Shown here: positions 13,788-26,779 of the stretch, piece by piece
Position numbering within the stretch: the first letter of the stretch is position 1
Layout of the letters: every line of letters starts with the position of its first letter
Assembly: GCA_951406725.2 (NCBI GenBank)
Contig: OX597825.1
Span: 67,022,001-67,086,000, forward strand
From: Octopus vulgaris
Taxonomy: Eukaryota
Length of the DNA: 64,000 bases
Direction: 5' to 3'
Position numbers and translations under genes: made by a program
The notes under the pieces: generated by a model
Databases searched by the model: none
What the model was told of the DNA's origin: nothing
The model's input: the letters and a program-made list of their open reading frames with translations, nothing else

Positions 13788-14010
13788 CTATTTCTTTACT
13801 ACCCACAAGGGGCTAAACACAGAGGGGACAAACAAGGACAGACAACCGGATTAAGTTGATTATATCGACCCCAGTGCGTAACTGGTACTTATTTAATCGA
13901 CCCCGAAAGGATGAAAGGCAAAGTCGACCTCGGCGGAATTTGAACTCAGAACGTAACGGCAGATGAAATACGGCTACGCATTTCGCCCGGCGTGCTAACG
14001 TTTCTGCCAG
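13788..14010 (-). mobile_element. SINE group A
   Basis: Near full-length copy with A-box TGGCAGAAACGTTAG and B-box GAGTTCAAATTCC on the minus strand. Confidence 0.9.
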
Positions 14011-14499
14011 AATATCATTACGCGACGTATTATTCAGTGAAATTTAGAATGGTGAAAGAAGTAAAAATGTTTATTACAGTTAACATATATTACAATATCA
14101 ATCGAACAATCAAAAGAATTATAAGAAGCTAACGTAAAATAACTATCATATCAACACAAAAGAGGCTTTATTATATCTGTAACTTGATACAGTGAAGTGT
14201 TCCCTGAGGATCTGGTGACGTCAAACGTTTATATGCAGTCGGAACTTCTATCGTGAGCTTCAAACAGCCATGATATTGAAATGCGTCTAGGGACTTTAAT
14301 AAACAGTTGTGTTTATCCATATTTTCCTACGTTTACTCTGTAGCTCATAACTGGTAAAACTACGCAGTATGATAGTTAATTAACAACTATACAGAAAGCA
14401 GACCTGATTATGAAAACATACATGGAACTGTAAATTTAACAGTAACATTCTTACATATACATGTACACATAAATTTTGCTATACATATAGAGATGTATA

Positions 14500-16000
14500 C
14501 ATATTCTTTTATTCATCTATTTTTTCATGCGCTCCTGCCTAAAGGATGTACGATTCTTGGGCACCACCAATATTATCAACTTTTCAAAGGTCATTCTTTA
14601 TTTATTTGCTTTTGGTAAACGAAGGACTTCGATATTGCTTCTCTCGTTTTAGTTTCTTGCCGCGATGTACGTTCATCTGGGATTTTGGAAAGCAGAAAGT
14701 CAACTTGCTTCTTGAAAACTATCTATCCCTATAACATGTAGATCCCTTAGATGTTTTGGAAAGATAAGAAATAGCTGTGAGCCCATGAATTTCAAGTTAT
14801 TCCAGTACCTTGTCCTCATTTAAACGGGATGGCTGGGGGTCTTTGGAACAGTGTAGGGAGTTCAGTTTGGCGGCCAAAAATTTGCTAAAGTTTGGTGTCA
14901 ACTTTTCAAGGATATTCTATGCATATATCACTGTATATCTCTCCTCTCTTCGCCCCTGACATTAGAGTCGTAGCATTCTCCCAGTAGATCAGCCGTTCCA
15001 TTAATGCAATTTTTTGTGTGTATCACTGCTGAACTTCCTCAGATCCCGCTATTAACTTGACACAGTGCACTGGCCACAGTTGCTAGTAGTAGTCCAGACG
15101 GCTGAGTACAAATGTATTCCATAGAACCAGCATATCATGATCTTGGTTGTGTGCATGTGAAACGAGGAGTCGTTGCTCATATCAATCCCCAGATCACGCA
15201 GTGTACTTGATTCCGGATATCGCGCTCCATTTTGTCCAAAGTATCTCTGCAGCAGCATGTTAGCACAAGCTGGGTGATAGAGGTGGGCTTGAAAATATCC
15301 TGCATAAAATTGCATATATATGGCATCGAGGTCATTCTGTAGAAGATTAGCATCGAAAGACGCCTTGACTGCCTGTACAACTATGGTGTCATCGGCATAA
15401 CAGTACAGTAGCAGCCCGAAGAGGGTTCGCTAAGATATTACACTCGCTATTACTGTCTCTTTCGCGAGGTCTTCCCTCTTATCTTTCAAGTCATGTAATC
15501 AATCTCCCATTTGTCTGGCTATGCCGAGTTTCAGTAGTTTGTAGCATATCATCCCGTGATGTCAAGATGTCTCACATCAACGTTTGTAAGATTCATTTGT
15601 TGTTTCAATACCCAGCCATATTGCTGCAGAGGCTGAACAAGTCAGTTTCTTCCTGAGAAGAAGCTATGGTAGATGTCAGGGAGCAAGACATTATCTTCTA
15701 GGAAAGTTATCATCTTCCTCTCGACAATGATTTCCATGACTTTACAGACGTGAGATTTGAAAGACAGGCTTATAATTTTTAGAACACGCTCTGCTAATTC
15801 CTTTATGGATAGGACAAATTATGCCTTCATTCAGCTTTTTTGTGAAGTGGTCTATTTGCAAGGAAGCTTTGGTAGGAGATTTTTAGTGGTTTTAGTAGCG
15901 CCTCTTTGCATTTCTTTAGGGTTGCCGGGACTACAAGATGACGAAGTGAAACATTTTAACAGTTATTGTATGCATGTATCAATATCCACCGGTTCGTCTA
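14500..16000 (-). mobile_element. Decayed CR1/L2-group LINE reverse transcriptase
   Basis: YADDT at ~15384-15398, DLGIDMSNDSSF, and RRRERY..IY near 14930-14960; many stops and frameshifts. Confidence 0.8.
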
Positions 16001-17564
16001 CATGTATACATTTAGAAAATCGCATATTCAAAAAGAAGAAAAAAGGCAAACAAAGAAGGCTTATCTCTTTGACAGTGGCCAAGTTGAATTCTGAGTACTG
16101 CTTTATCTAAAAAAAAACCCTATTTATACGTACATATATTCATACACGCATGCGTTTGAGGACTGCAACATCATCTAGATTTGCAATCGGATAACGGGCA
16201 TATAACTGAAGCACTGTTGCTGACATCGCTTGTGATCTTCATTATGTCTCGGATGAGAAACACATGTCCCACATTCATATAGCAACGCTGAAATACTCAT
16301 GTTTTATAAACCTTCAAGTTTGTCCCAATTGAAATTCCAAACTGAAACCACAAAATTCCACCCAATTGTTAGAATGTGCCACTGGTTTTATTGATTCAGA
16401 GAGAGAGTTTTATCATCATGAGTATCTGTCAACTTCAAAGAATTGAATATACATAAAATCAACTCATATTTATCCACCGCCAACAATTTCTATCCATACG
16501 CATAAATCTTTGGTTCAGAGTAAGCTTTACCTGATGCAGACAGTGTCATACATGCATACATACATACACACATACATACATAGTTATGTATGGAAGTCAA
16601 ACTCATTGCTTACGAAAAATGGTTGTGCTTGGATGTATCCCGCAGACTTGGGGATGAATTTAATATCGATGTGATAGATAGACTTTCATGAATTTATGAC
16701 AGGAACAACAGCTTATATTTCGAAGGATTTTGCTTATGCAATGCAAAAGCCAAAGATATCGACTAAACGTCCAATGAACAAAAGTGACAGAGCAGAAAAC
16801 ATACAAAGCAAACCCGACTGAAAATGTCGATTACGTCACATTTTTGTTAGGATCGCGCCTTTGATCAGCAACTGTCCAAAGATGTCATTAACACAAAACT
16901 TTTCAAAGCTGAGCGATATTCAATGTCATCCGAGAAAAAGACTACTCTGGGATAAACATGTTTAAGAATATCTTTTATTATAGATACAGATACGTTTCAA
17001 TACATTCGCATCAAAACTCTGACAAGTACAAGCATAACAGTCTTTATATAATTGCTTGGGACAGAGAACAGAAATTATGGCTTGATAAATTTCTTTGGGA
17101 ATGACGCAAAAAAGAAGTATGTCAGCTGCTTTGAAAAGGTGAGCATATATTTACAGAGAGCAGGAAAAAATAAAATACAAAACATAGAAACCGTATTATG
17201 TTCATATACATATGTGTGTGTGTACACAAACAAATTATAACTTATTTGCATACTTGGCTAAAGAAATAAAGGTCAAGTTGACAATAGCGCTAAAATCACG
17301 GATTAAAAGATTAAAATTAAAGTTAGTGACCATCAACCACACAGTGTTTTAAAGATACACTGTAAAAGCAGGACAGAAGAGATTATGCAAGAAATTATTG
17401 AAGAGCAAGATGTAAGTCTTCAACAGTTGTTATTATGTATATTACGTTCCTTCTTAGAAACCAGATTCTACGTTAGAGAAGGAATACAAATACCTAAAAT
17501 CAAACTGAACATATACATGCATGCATACATACACATATATATACACACACGCACACACACACAC

Positions 17565-17765
17565 AGGGGACAAACAAGGACAGACAAACGGATTAAGTCG
17601 ATGACATAGACCCCAGTGCGTAACTGATACTTAATTTATCGACCCCCGAAAGGATGAAAGGCAAAGTCGACCTCGGCGGAATTTGAACTCAGAACGAAAC
17701 AGCAGACGAAATACGGCTACGCATTTCGCCCGGCGTGCTAACGTTTCTGCCAGCTCGCCGCCTTA
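17565..17765 (-). mobile_element. SINE group A
   Basis: Head AAGGCGGCGAGCTGGCAGAA intact, 3' end truncated. Confidence 0.9.
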
Positions 17766-19146
17766 GACACACACACATATATATATATACAGAGATGTAC
17801 TTGCATGGCAGATGACCTGATATGAGGTCCTGTGCTGAAACAAAGACAATTGCAGCGTGATAGGAGTTTATAGCCCATTCCGTGCTGCACGGAAATATGT
17901 CTTAGAAAAACTGGAATTAAATCATTTGAGTCGCAAATGGTGGCGTCGTTTACAGGACGCTGTGTATATCATACATAGTTGCATATATAAATACATAAGC
18001 GTGTATGTGTGTGCGTGTGTGAGTGTGTATATGTGTTTGCGTGCATGCGCATTAGGCTCTCCTGATAGGGTAGAAATCATAGTATTTTCAACGTAGCACT
18101 CAACTCGAACTCGTAGCTATCAATACTCTCGAATTAGAGCCTCGATGAAGACTACAAGTCCACTGGTGAAGAAAATCCAGATACTTCACTGGTAGATTTA
18201 TCGTGTTGGTATTACGAAAAGTAATGAATATTGTAAATAAGAAAAGGAAAAAAGTGTTTAGCACACCTAAAAAATGTAATGTGTGATAAGCTTTACCCTC
18301 AAATTCTTATTGGGTTATATATATATATTCGTGTGTATACGTGTGTGTGAGGTGGGGGTGTAGACGATTATATAATTAATTTACCGAAATGACTAGTTAG
18401 CTTCGTAATTACTGAAATAATATCTCTCAATTTACATTATCAGATACAAGATTATTATGACCAACGTTTGACGCAATTTGTTTATCTCAGGAGTCGAGTT
18501 GGCTGCGATCACTTATGCTCCGAGCGCATGAACATCTGTTAATCACTGCAGAGCACCGTCTGAACCCAGATATGGAAATATACTACGCAAAGCCATCAAT
18601 GAATGACTATTTATTTCGAAAAGGGATTTCCTGTTATCGCGTGCCACTGTTTCGTTTGGATCGGATGTCAGGATGCGTGGATTAAAGTCCATTGATTATG
18701 ATCCACCTTGCGTGTGATGATATTAATTGCTTATAGCTGCACCGTGCGAACTCAACTTACACATTGGATACAGTTAAAATACAATCCCAAAATAAAAGCA
18801 TCCAATTATACATGCCTTACATCGTCTAAGGTAGAAAGCACCGCGGATGCACTAGAATCTGCAATGCACTTCAGTACAGTGTATCATTGATGTTACCATA
18901 ATAGAAAGATTGGATCAGGTGTCAGTGGCGGCGTAAATAAGATTTTTGTGCACAAATCAAGATCGTTATGTTATATAAATAATGTAAAGTATGAGATCAT
19001 GCATGATAAACTAGAATAATTGAGTTGACACACGTCATGTAGTTCAGTCAACAATACATAACTATTCTCCTTTACTACGTATTTTTTAACAATTTTTTTA
19101 AAATTGTTTTATATGCCAGCAATAATTTGCATTTGATATCAAATAC

Positions 19147-19581
19147 GGATCTTTTCGGTTTGACCGGCAGTTTTTTAAAATAATTTCCACGTTACTAAAC
19201 ACTTTTAAACTTCGTATACTGGTAGAATGTGTTTATAAAACATCTTTTTCTCTTTGCTTTATAGAGAAAATTCTATAGTTTGTAAGATATTTGTTTTTCT
19301 CTTCTTCAAATTCTGCAATTTCAACCAATCAATGACATTTATTGAAGCGAAAACATTCTGTGCCGTATGAATATGTCCCTCGTTTAAGCAATAGATTGGG
19401 TTTATTTACATTTCTGAAGAAAAAAATACCTTTCCCCCATCCCTAACCCTAACTAACCCTAACTCTAATCCTAAATCTAAAACAGATTGAAATGCAATAG
19501 ATCGATACTAGGGTCATAATTATTGGTGACAATTTCATATGACAACGCTAGATAAAACTGCCGTTCAAACCGAAAAGATCC
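19147..19581. mobile_element. MITE with 28-bp TIRs and 8-bp TSD (Merlin-like termini)
   Basis: TIR GGATCTTTTCGGTTTGAcCGGCAGTTTT / AAAACTGCCGTTCAAACCGAAAAGATCC. TSD TCAAATAC at 19139-19146 and 19582-19589. Internal CCCTAA repeats. Confidence 0.88.
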
Positions 19582-19999
19582 TCAAATACATATCCCTTAA
19601 CATCTGCAAGTTAATCAATTGAAATATATGCCTGTATGTAGACGTGTGTTTGCTTAGGGAATGAAAATAAACACATCTCTATACATGCATACAGGCATAG
19701 GTCTAATTCTCGCACAGATTCAGGGCAGACGCTCAAGAGAGAGAGCTTTCAATGAAGATGTCGCGAAAGCGACGATAGAACTATGAATAACAAACAACCA
19801 ACTGTTTGTTTAACCAGCACATTAAACAAATGATTGATTACTTAGCTTGGTAGATATTTAACTAATTTACTAATAATAGAGAAGAGATATTGAATCAATG
19901 CCTTTGTTATTATTATTGCCGTAATGGCCCTCATAACGTGCAAGAGAATACATAAGCTTAAATCAAAATTAAACAACCAATATCTGACACACCTCTCAA

Positions 20000-20400
20000 A
20001 TGTATAGAAGAATTTATTCATCTCGTTAGTAAAATCTTGAGCTGGGAAAGCAATGTAAACACGCCGTCGACAAGTTAATATCAAGTGTAGAAAATCTATG
20101 CTTCCAGACGACATGCAAAGGAACCTCTTTCAAGCAAGAGTTAATTCTGTTCAGTTGCAAATCTACCCAGCATGAACTTTACTTCAAAGCCAGAATCGAG
20201 ATTGAATTCGGCCTACACTCGCATGCTAAGAGTTTTTGAATGTCACTTGGAGAGATCGTCTAATCAGTGAGCGCTTGTATGGGGACCTCTGTCCAATACC
20301 AGATATCATCAAAGAGCATAGAGATAGATTCGCTAAGCATTGCTGGAGAGCTAAAGGCGAAAGTATTACTGAAGCTCTCTTGTGATAGCCTACAGAAGAA
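20000..20400 (+). mobile_element. Decayed RTE/RTEX-like LINE C-terminal fragment
   Basis: RNLFQA.V...AYTRML...NVTWRD...LYGDL..I...R.RFAKHCWRA..E, a pattern typical of RTE-group C-termini. Confidence 0.6.
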
Positions 20401-20419
20401 AGAGCTAGCATAGACGACA

Positions 20420-21070
20420 CAAGAACCACAGGACGGGACATTCGAAGCCCTCAGTCATCAGTCAAGAACCAGATCATCTTAGCAATTTCGGCTGATTAAT
20501 CTTGAGATTGCTCCGATATGGCCAGCCCGCCACGGGAAATCTAAGCCAAGTGCATTAGATCCCCTGGAAGAAAGCTTCGAATGTATACAACACGAGGACG
20601 GAAAACGAAAGAAGTACACGAACAAAAATACAGAATACGTGACAACAATAAGAATATAAAAACGTAAAAACAATAACGGTAAAAATAAAGTATAAAAAAT
20701 AAATAACAAAACAAAACCAGGACGTAGGACAAGGGTCTTTCGACAGGACGAATTGAGCATGGGGCTAGCTTATGAAGTTGTGCCTAATGGCCACAGGGAG
20801 ACGAACAAGTACGTGTTGCTTCAACGGCTGCTGGAACGAAAAGAGCGTTCAACAGCGGCTAGCGGTCACGTGAGAACAAAAGACAAGAGAAAGGGACAGA
20901 TGAAAAGAGAGAGAAGGTGGACGAGGGAGGAGAAGAAAGAGACAGATCGAGGGGGCTGGAGGTGAGAGAGATAGAGAAACGTAGAAGGGGGGGGGGGAAA
21001 CGGATGGAGAGGGAAAGAAAGGAGGGGGAATAAGGGAGGAGAGAGAGAGAGAAAGAAAGATTAAGAGTCG
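20420..21070 (-). mobile_element. Non-coding repeat carrying permuted hammerhead copy 1
   Basis: Same layout as the 33867 unit on the minus strand: CT-rich stretch, TCACGTGA, T-rich region, permuted HHR, then GTCCTGT. Confidence 0.45.
20446..20512 (-). ncRNA. Candidate non-circularly permuted hammerhead ribozyme, copy 1
   Basis: Minus strand reads AGCAAU-C-UCAAGA uuaauc AGCC-GAAA-UUGCU aagaugaucuggu UCUUGA-CUGAUGA-cugag-GGCU. Stem III is AGCAAU/AUUGCU, stem I is UCAAGA/UCUUGA, and stem II is GGCU/AGCC (or CUGA/UCAG). The cleavage triplet is AUC. Confidence 0.7.
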
Positions 21071-21074
21071 TATC

Positions 21075-21255
21075 GAGCTTCTACAGGACTAGAACTGTTT
21101 CATTCAAAAGAAATCATCAGGAAGCTTTCTGATGATTTCTTTTGAATGAAACAGTTCTAGTCCTGTAGAAGCTCCTTCTATAAAATAAATTAATTTACTC
21201 TGCTATGTATTGAGTACCTTATTTACTGTGGTTAACCCCGACTCAACCCGGGACC

Positions 21256-21258
<3 letters not shown>
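21075..21258 (+). mobile_element. Short PLE-type terminal repeat with 100-bp fold-back palindrome
   Basis: Near-perfect palindrome 21075-21174 centred on AAGCTT, with a unique tail to 21258 and then (TA)n. The same family occurs inverted at 43704-43900. Confidence 0.75.
21123..21173 (+). ncRNA. Type I hammerhead ribozyme (mirror copy on minus strand at 21076-21126)
   Basis: AGCUUU-CUGAUGA-UUUC uuuu GAAU-GAAA-CAG uucuaguc CUG-UA-GAAGCU: complete core, three stems, GUA triplet. Confidence 0.8.
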
Positions 21259-21302
<44 letters not shown>

Positions 21303-21444
21303 AAAACACCTTTTATCAATTCAAAATGATATATATATATATATATATTGTGAAATTTGATTTAGTATTTCTAAATTGAAATTTTCCCTGTAAGTTAGGA
21401 ATAATATTCCCTCAAATTATTATTATTACTATTATAATTATTAT

Positions 21445-21985
21445 TGAGTGAGAGAGCAGTGCATGCCATCAAAGTGACACTGGGGTAAAATATACGAAGC
21501 CCAATATACCCATCATGACTATCCGTCTGATAAGGGTACACCAGGCACATGCATCACAACCATATGTGCGCGACATGGTGATCTCATATCAAGATAAACA
21601 GCACATGACCTTGCAGGTGGGGCCCAGTTAGAATTTTCTTCAGGTTGAGTAGCCCATCCCGCTCAAAAGGTCCCTGAATAAGGGTTGTTTAAGGATGTTG
21701 AAAGAACCACCCATGTTTCCAGAGGTGAAATATTCAAACCTGAAAGAATTTCTCTCAACACACGGCCTAGATGCTCCCCCACTACTTCTGCTCGTGATCA
21801 GAGATGCACATATCGTCAGCCACTAAGGGACATGCTCAACTGGTTAAGGTCAAACAACTGACAAGCAAATCCGTGGTATTGAGCAGAATATTTGCTGTAG
21901 CCCATCTTTTATACCAAGACAAAACAACGTACATGATAACACTTCCAATCAGTTAAGATCAGAAGCCATGAGAGCCACTGCCTGT
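21445..21985. mobile_element. Interspersed repeat inserted into a (TTA)n microsatellite
   Basis: GC-richer 540-bp non-coding block with (ATT)n on both sides, consistent with a TAA-targeting element. Family not determined. Confidence 0.5.
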
Positions 21986-21989
21986 ATTA

Positions 21990-22036
<47 letters not shown>

Positions 22037-22042
22037 TATATG

Positions 22043-22101
<59 letters not shown>

Positions 22102-22271
22102 ATAAGCAAAACATTCAAACACTAAGATTTGAAATAAGATGTCACTACTATTAATATCATCAGTGGATAAAATTTAAAATTGATGGTATCAACAGCAGTG
22201 ACATAGGTGCAAGACAAAACCAGTTGCACTGTCTGGGTTTAACGTGACGGTCGTGAATTGTTACTAGGTGG

Positions 22272-22329
22272 TTCATACGGAAAAGGCTCAAGGATTAAAG
22301 ATCCAGAAGCCGAAACCCGGGTATGTGGA
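22272..22329 (+). ncRNA. Degenerate type I hammerhead
   Basis: UUCAUA-CGGAAAA-GGCU...AGCC-GAAA-CCCGGGU-A-UGUGGA. The stems are intact, stem III is the palindrome ACCCGGGU, and the core has two substitutions. Confidence 0.55.
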
Positions 22330-22501
22330 TTAGCTAAACTGCATAATATTTTATTTTGTGCTTTTGAATGTATTAATTCTCTCCATTTTCCTCGCATACT
22401 GGTTTTCTCTGTTATCTCGGTGCTGTATGGTGGATTAATTTAAGATTTAGCTCTTATTTCTAGCAGATGTATGCTCTTTAAGCATCATTACGCTTTGTCT
22501 A

Positions 22502-22565
<64 letters not shown>

Positions 22566-22985
22566 TAGTGTATAAGAGTTTATACATAGAGTGGAGACTA
22601 CCATGTGGAGTCCTTATAAGCTAGACAGGGCAGTCACAACCCAAATCACGAAACATGTTCTTACATTGCACGTTACTTGTAATCAATTAATTTGTGAATC
22701 GATTGATTAACCATCCGTGGCGATCCGTAAGGTCGCTGGGAAATGCATAATTACGAAGCTATAATGGTTAATTAATGAATTGATTGACTAATTATGTGAT
22801 CATTTACGGCGAAACTTATGGGTATAGGGTTAACTAAGATTTTTATTCAGTCAAGTATCCGACATGCAACGGTCACTGTAAGAATATCTCTTTCGTGGTT
22901 TGCGTTTTAACTGCTCACTCTAGCAAGTAAGGAATCCACATGGTGGTCTCCTCTCATTGTATAACCTTTTACCTTTTATACACTA
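22566..22985. mobile_element. Old fold-back/MITE-like element with ~115-bp imperfect inverted termini
   Basis: TAGTGTATAA...GAGACTACCATGTGGA.TCCTTA..GCTAGA..GGGCAGT versus ACTGCTC..TCTAGC..TAAGGAATCCACATGGTGGTCTC...TTATACACTA. Confidence 0.65.
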
Positions 22986-24404
22986 TTATATTATAGGAAT
23001 ATTTATGTCTTCCGACTCTTATTACGTATGCTAACCACGGGCATTAATTATTAATTTAATAATATCTACTCTGTATTGATATAGTCATATATATATATAT
23101 ATATATATACATGATTCTCCTGAAGAAAAACGGTTATTTTATGTCATGCAGGTGTTTTATTCATCAAGAAAAAACATGTCGTGAACGTGTACCCATTATT
23201 ATTTGTTCTTCAACACACTCGTAACCTTCCCTGAGTTGGATCTTGAGCCTACAATGGACCCTGGAATACGTGCTGGTGTATACTCCTCTGCGATTCTTAC
23301 GTATACCTTGTGTATTTGGTCTATACTTGTGAATGTTGAATGTACGTGAAACGGGAAGGACGAATTCGTATCTACTTTAGTAATTACTTGAGTGTCCCTA
23401 TGGACTGTAAGTGCACAGGCACGCTATACCCGACACTACCTTGGTGCCTTTGATATTTAAATATCTTGATTCCATTAGATACTGAAAATTTTATTATATA
23501 TATACATATCTATCTATCTATTTTCCACATAACTTATGCCAATTATTATAGTGTCTCTTCATTCCCCAAACCGTATCGATACCATTCTTTCGATGTTCTG
23601 CTTTGTTAAAACCAGAAATGGCACTTAGGAATGAAGCATTAACGTTTGAGATCATTTAATTTTTCCCAAGAGATCAATAGACCGATTGAGTAAACCTATC
23701 AATAGTGAACCTATAATGACTACCGGAAACAGCCATAAGTCAAATTTACTGCAATGTACTTCTTTAGTCCATAACTTTATTTAATGCATCAATGTGAGAG
23801 CCAAACTGTTGCTTTACCCTTTTAAATGGATGTAATATATTTCTATACTTCTCTATATGTGTGCTTGTGTTTGAGAAGAGGTGAGATTACTGTGTGTCGG
23901 TGTAGGTAATTTGAACACACAATGCAAGATATGGTAGATTCACAATTAGAAATATCATGTTGAAAAACATCACCATAAATAATAACCTGAACAGTGCATT
24001 GTAAATCATGTTTATATATTGATATTGTTCCGGAAACGGAAACAAGCGATCTATGAAACTATGAAGTCTATTCACGATGTCACATTGCTTAACATGACAT
24101 TCGCCTGGTTTTGCAAATGATTCGTTTTACAACTCCATTTTAAGTGGGGAGAAAAAACGGACAAGAAATATTATAAATAATAGAAAATCTATCAATATCT
24201 CTCTCTATATTCAAATCACCGATGTTCAATGACAACAAAATATGTGTCTGGGTGGTGGCTAGATTTAAAATTTCGCAACACAACGTTTACCCGGTTTCAA
24301 GTTCAATTCCATTGAAAAACACTTGCGGTAAATGTGATCCGCTATGGTATTCGGGTTTCAGTAATACTTTGTGAGTGACACATTGATGGTGGTTGCTATA
24401 ACGA

Positions 24405-24448
<44 letters not shown>

Positions 24449-24528
24449 CGTCGGTGAAACGTTAATCTGAAAACAAGCACACTGTAAGTTATAGAGCAGT
24501 ATATAATATAGAGTTAATGCCGGTTTAT

Positions 24529-24712
24529 GGAATTACCATGGGTTTGACGTCCATAAAACGCTAGGCTTTAAGGTGTGTCATCAGATCCCAAAACATATTG
24601 GATTGAGAATTCCTCAGATCCCCAAACCAGTTTCCTTAAGGCAGAAAGTTTTGGGATCTGATAATACGCCATAATGCCAAACACTTTGTGGAGTGAAACT
24701 TAGGGTAATGCC
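24529..24712. ncRNA. Two decayed, oppositely oriented hammerhead-like motifs (24529-24589 minus; 24653-24712 plus)
   Basis: GGGAU-CUGAUGA...CAAAC-CCAUGG-UA-AUUCC and GGGAU-CUGAUAA...GAAAC-UUAGGG-UA-AUGCC. Each has one core substitution. Confidence 0.45.
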
Positions 24713-24729
24713 ACAAAACGATTTTATCT

Positions 24730-24772
<43 letters not shown>

Positions 24773-24831
24773 TGTGTATGTATGTATATATATATATATA
24801 TGTATAAGGGTGGAAAGGAACACACGAGTTG

Positions 24832-25201
24832 ATATATATGAAAAAACAAGTCAAAAATAGAAAATGCTAAGATAATTTTATAGTGAATCTTTCAGTACCG
24901 GTTTCGGTCATTTTGGGACCTTTTCAACTGTAACGATTAAATAATTAAATTTAGAAAAATTAGAAGATAAGTTTTTTTAAAAGTTTTGCAAGTGCAAACA
25001 AGGGAGTCAGAGAAAGGCAGAATGCTACTTATATCTGAACACTACTACAGAAATATTCTTTTAAAAAAACTTTTCTTCTAATTTTTCTAAATTTAATTAT
25101 TTAATCGTTACAGTTGAAAAGGTCTCAAAATGACCGAAACCGGTACTGAAAGATTCACTATAAAATTATCTTAGCATTTTCTATTTTTGACTTGTTTTTT
25201 C

Positions 25202-25209
<8 letters not shown>
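24832..25209. mobile_element. Inverted pair of ~150-bp PLE-type terminal repeats with a ~73-bp spacer
   Basis: 24832-24983 is the reverse complement of 25057-25209 with about 2 mismatches. Each arm carries a minimal HHR. Confidence 0.75.
25111..25148 (+). ncRNA. Minimal type I hammerhead with U3-A8 core variant (mirror copy at 24893-24930, minus)
   Basis: CAG-UUGAAAA-GGUC ucaaaau GACC-GAAA-CCGGU-A-CUG. Stem III is the palindrome ACCGGU, typical of PLE minimal HHRs. Confidence 0.72.
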
Positions 25210-25241
<32 letters not shown>

Positions 25242-25527
25242 TCATACTGGCGGATATAACCACCCTTTCTCGCGATCAAAATGGTAGTTTTTTATTGTTT
25301 TACTTGTTTCGGTTATGTGACTGCGGACATGCTGGAGCACCGCCTTTAGTTGAAGGAAGAGACAGGAGGATTATTTCTTTGTATGCCAACGACTCATTCT
25401 ATCGGTATATTATTGTAAACAGCTAAGTTAAGGCGACCTAAACACGGCAACATCGGTTGTCAAGCGATGGTGGGGGCACAAACACATACTTACTGACAGA
25501 CACACACACATACACATATATCTATAC

Positions 25528-25574
<47 letters not shown>

Positions 25575-25706
25575 GTTATATATATACATATACACACATA
25601 TATATGCATACATATATATATACATATAAATATATATATACACATATATAAATATATATATACACACATGTATATATATACACATGTATATACATATGTA
25701 TATATA

Positions 25707-26085
25707 CAATTGCGTCAGAAATTAATTAGCACTTCTCAAATTTCTACATTAAATAGGTTAAATCAATTAACCTATGAGCTGTTCAAAACGTCTTACGCGA
25801 TGAGAAAACTTAGTATGGTGTGATTTCGGTCCTTGCGAGGCGCTACCTATATCTATTAAACAAAGGAAGTTTGTCTGCATCCGCACTCCAAGTTGTTGTT
25901 GCACTGCTATGTCAACATCATAAGGCTGTAGACTCTCAAACTGCTCTGCAAACAAAGTTACGTCATCGTTCTGCGCAACAGTGAACTCGCAACAAAGCAA
26001 TAGTTCGAGATATGGCCACTAGGTGACAGCACATACCTTGAGTGAAGAGCAGATCAAGGGTGCTAATTAATTTCTGACGGTAGTG
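25707..26085. mobile_element. Tc1/mariner-type MITE
   Basis: TIR CAATTGCGTCAGAAATTAATTAGCAC / GTGCTAATTAATTTCTGACGGTAGTG with TA on both sides; no ORF. Confidence 0.8.
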
Positions 26086-26192
26086 TATATATATATATAT
26101 ATACATGTATATGTATACATGTATATATATCCATGTGTATAAGTATATGCATGTATATACTTATACACATGAATATATACGTGTATATATAC

Positions 26193-26237
<45 letters not shown>

Positions 26238-26247
<10 letters not shown>

Positions 26248-26708
26248 TGGTAAAGTAAAAAAATTCACTTTACCGCACACCGAACTTTTCAGAAATAGCA
26301 GCCAAAAATTTGGCTATTTCTTCAACTGCAAGTAAAAGTCTCCAGACAATGCATACTCAGAAAATAACTCACATAGGTATAAGGGAAAAACAATAAAAGA
26401 TCACATCCATATAAGATCTTATATGGATGTGATCTTATATGGATGTGATTTTTTAATTGTTTTTCCCTTATACCTATGTGAGTTATTTTCTGAGTATGCA
26501 TTGTCTGGAGACTTTTACTTGCAGTTGAAGAAATAGCCAAATTTTTGGCTGCTATTTCTGAAAAGTTCGGTGTGCGGTAAAGTGAATTTTTTTACTTTAC
26601 CATATTTTTATAAATTAATACTTCAAATATACCGTAAATGGTCCTTTTACATACCGAATACTGCTTGGTCGAATTGATTAACAATTAATTCATTCTACCC
26701 TTTTTACT

Positions 26709-26711
<3 letters not shown>
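26238..26711 (+). repeat. ~375-bp near-perfect palindrome plus 100-bp tail, between (TA)n tracts
   Basis: Arms 26238-26416 and 26417-26612, with the axis in AGATCT and a 16-bp duplication on the right arm. The unique tail runs to 26711. Confidence 0.85.

Positions 26712-26779
<68 letters not shown>

Noticed and set aside
19441-19480. True telomere or chromosome fusion site
   Set aside because: It is a short degenerate tract lying inside a MITE.
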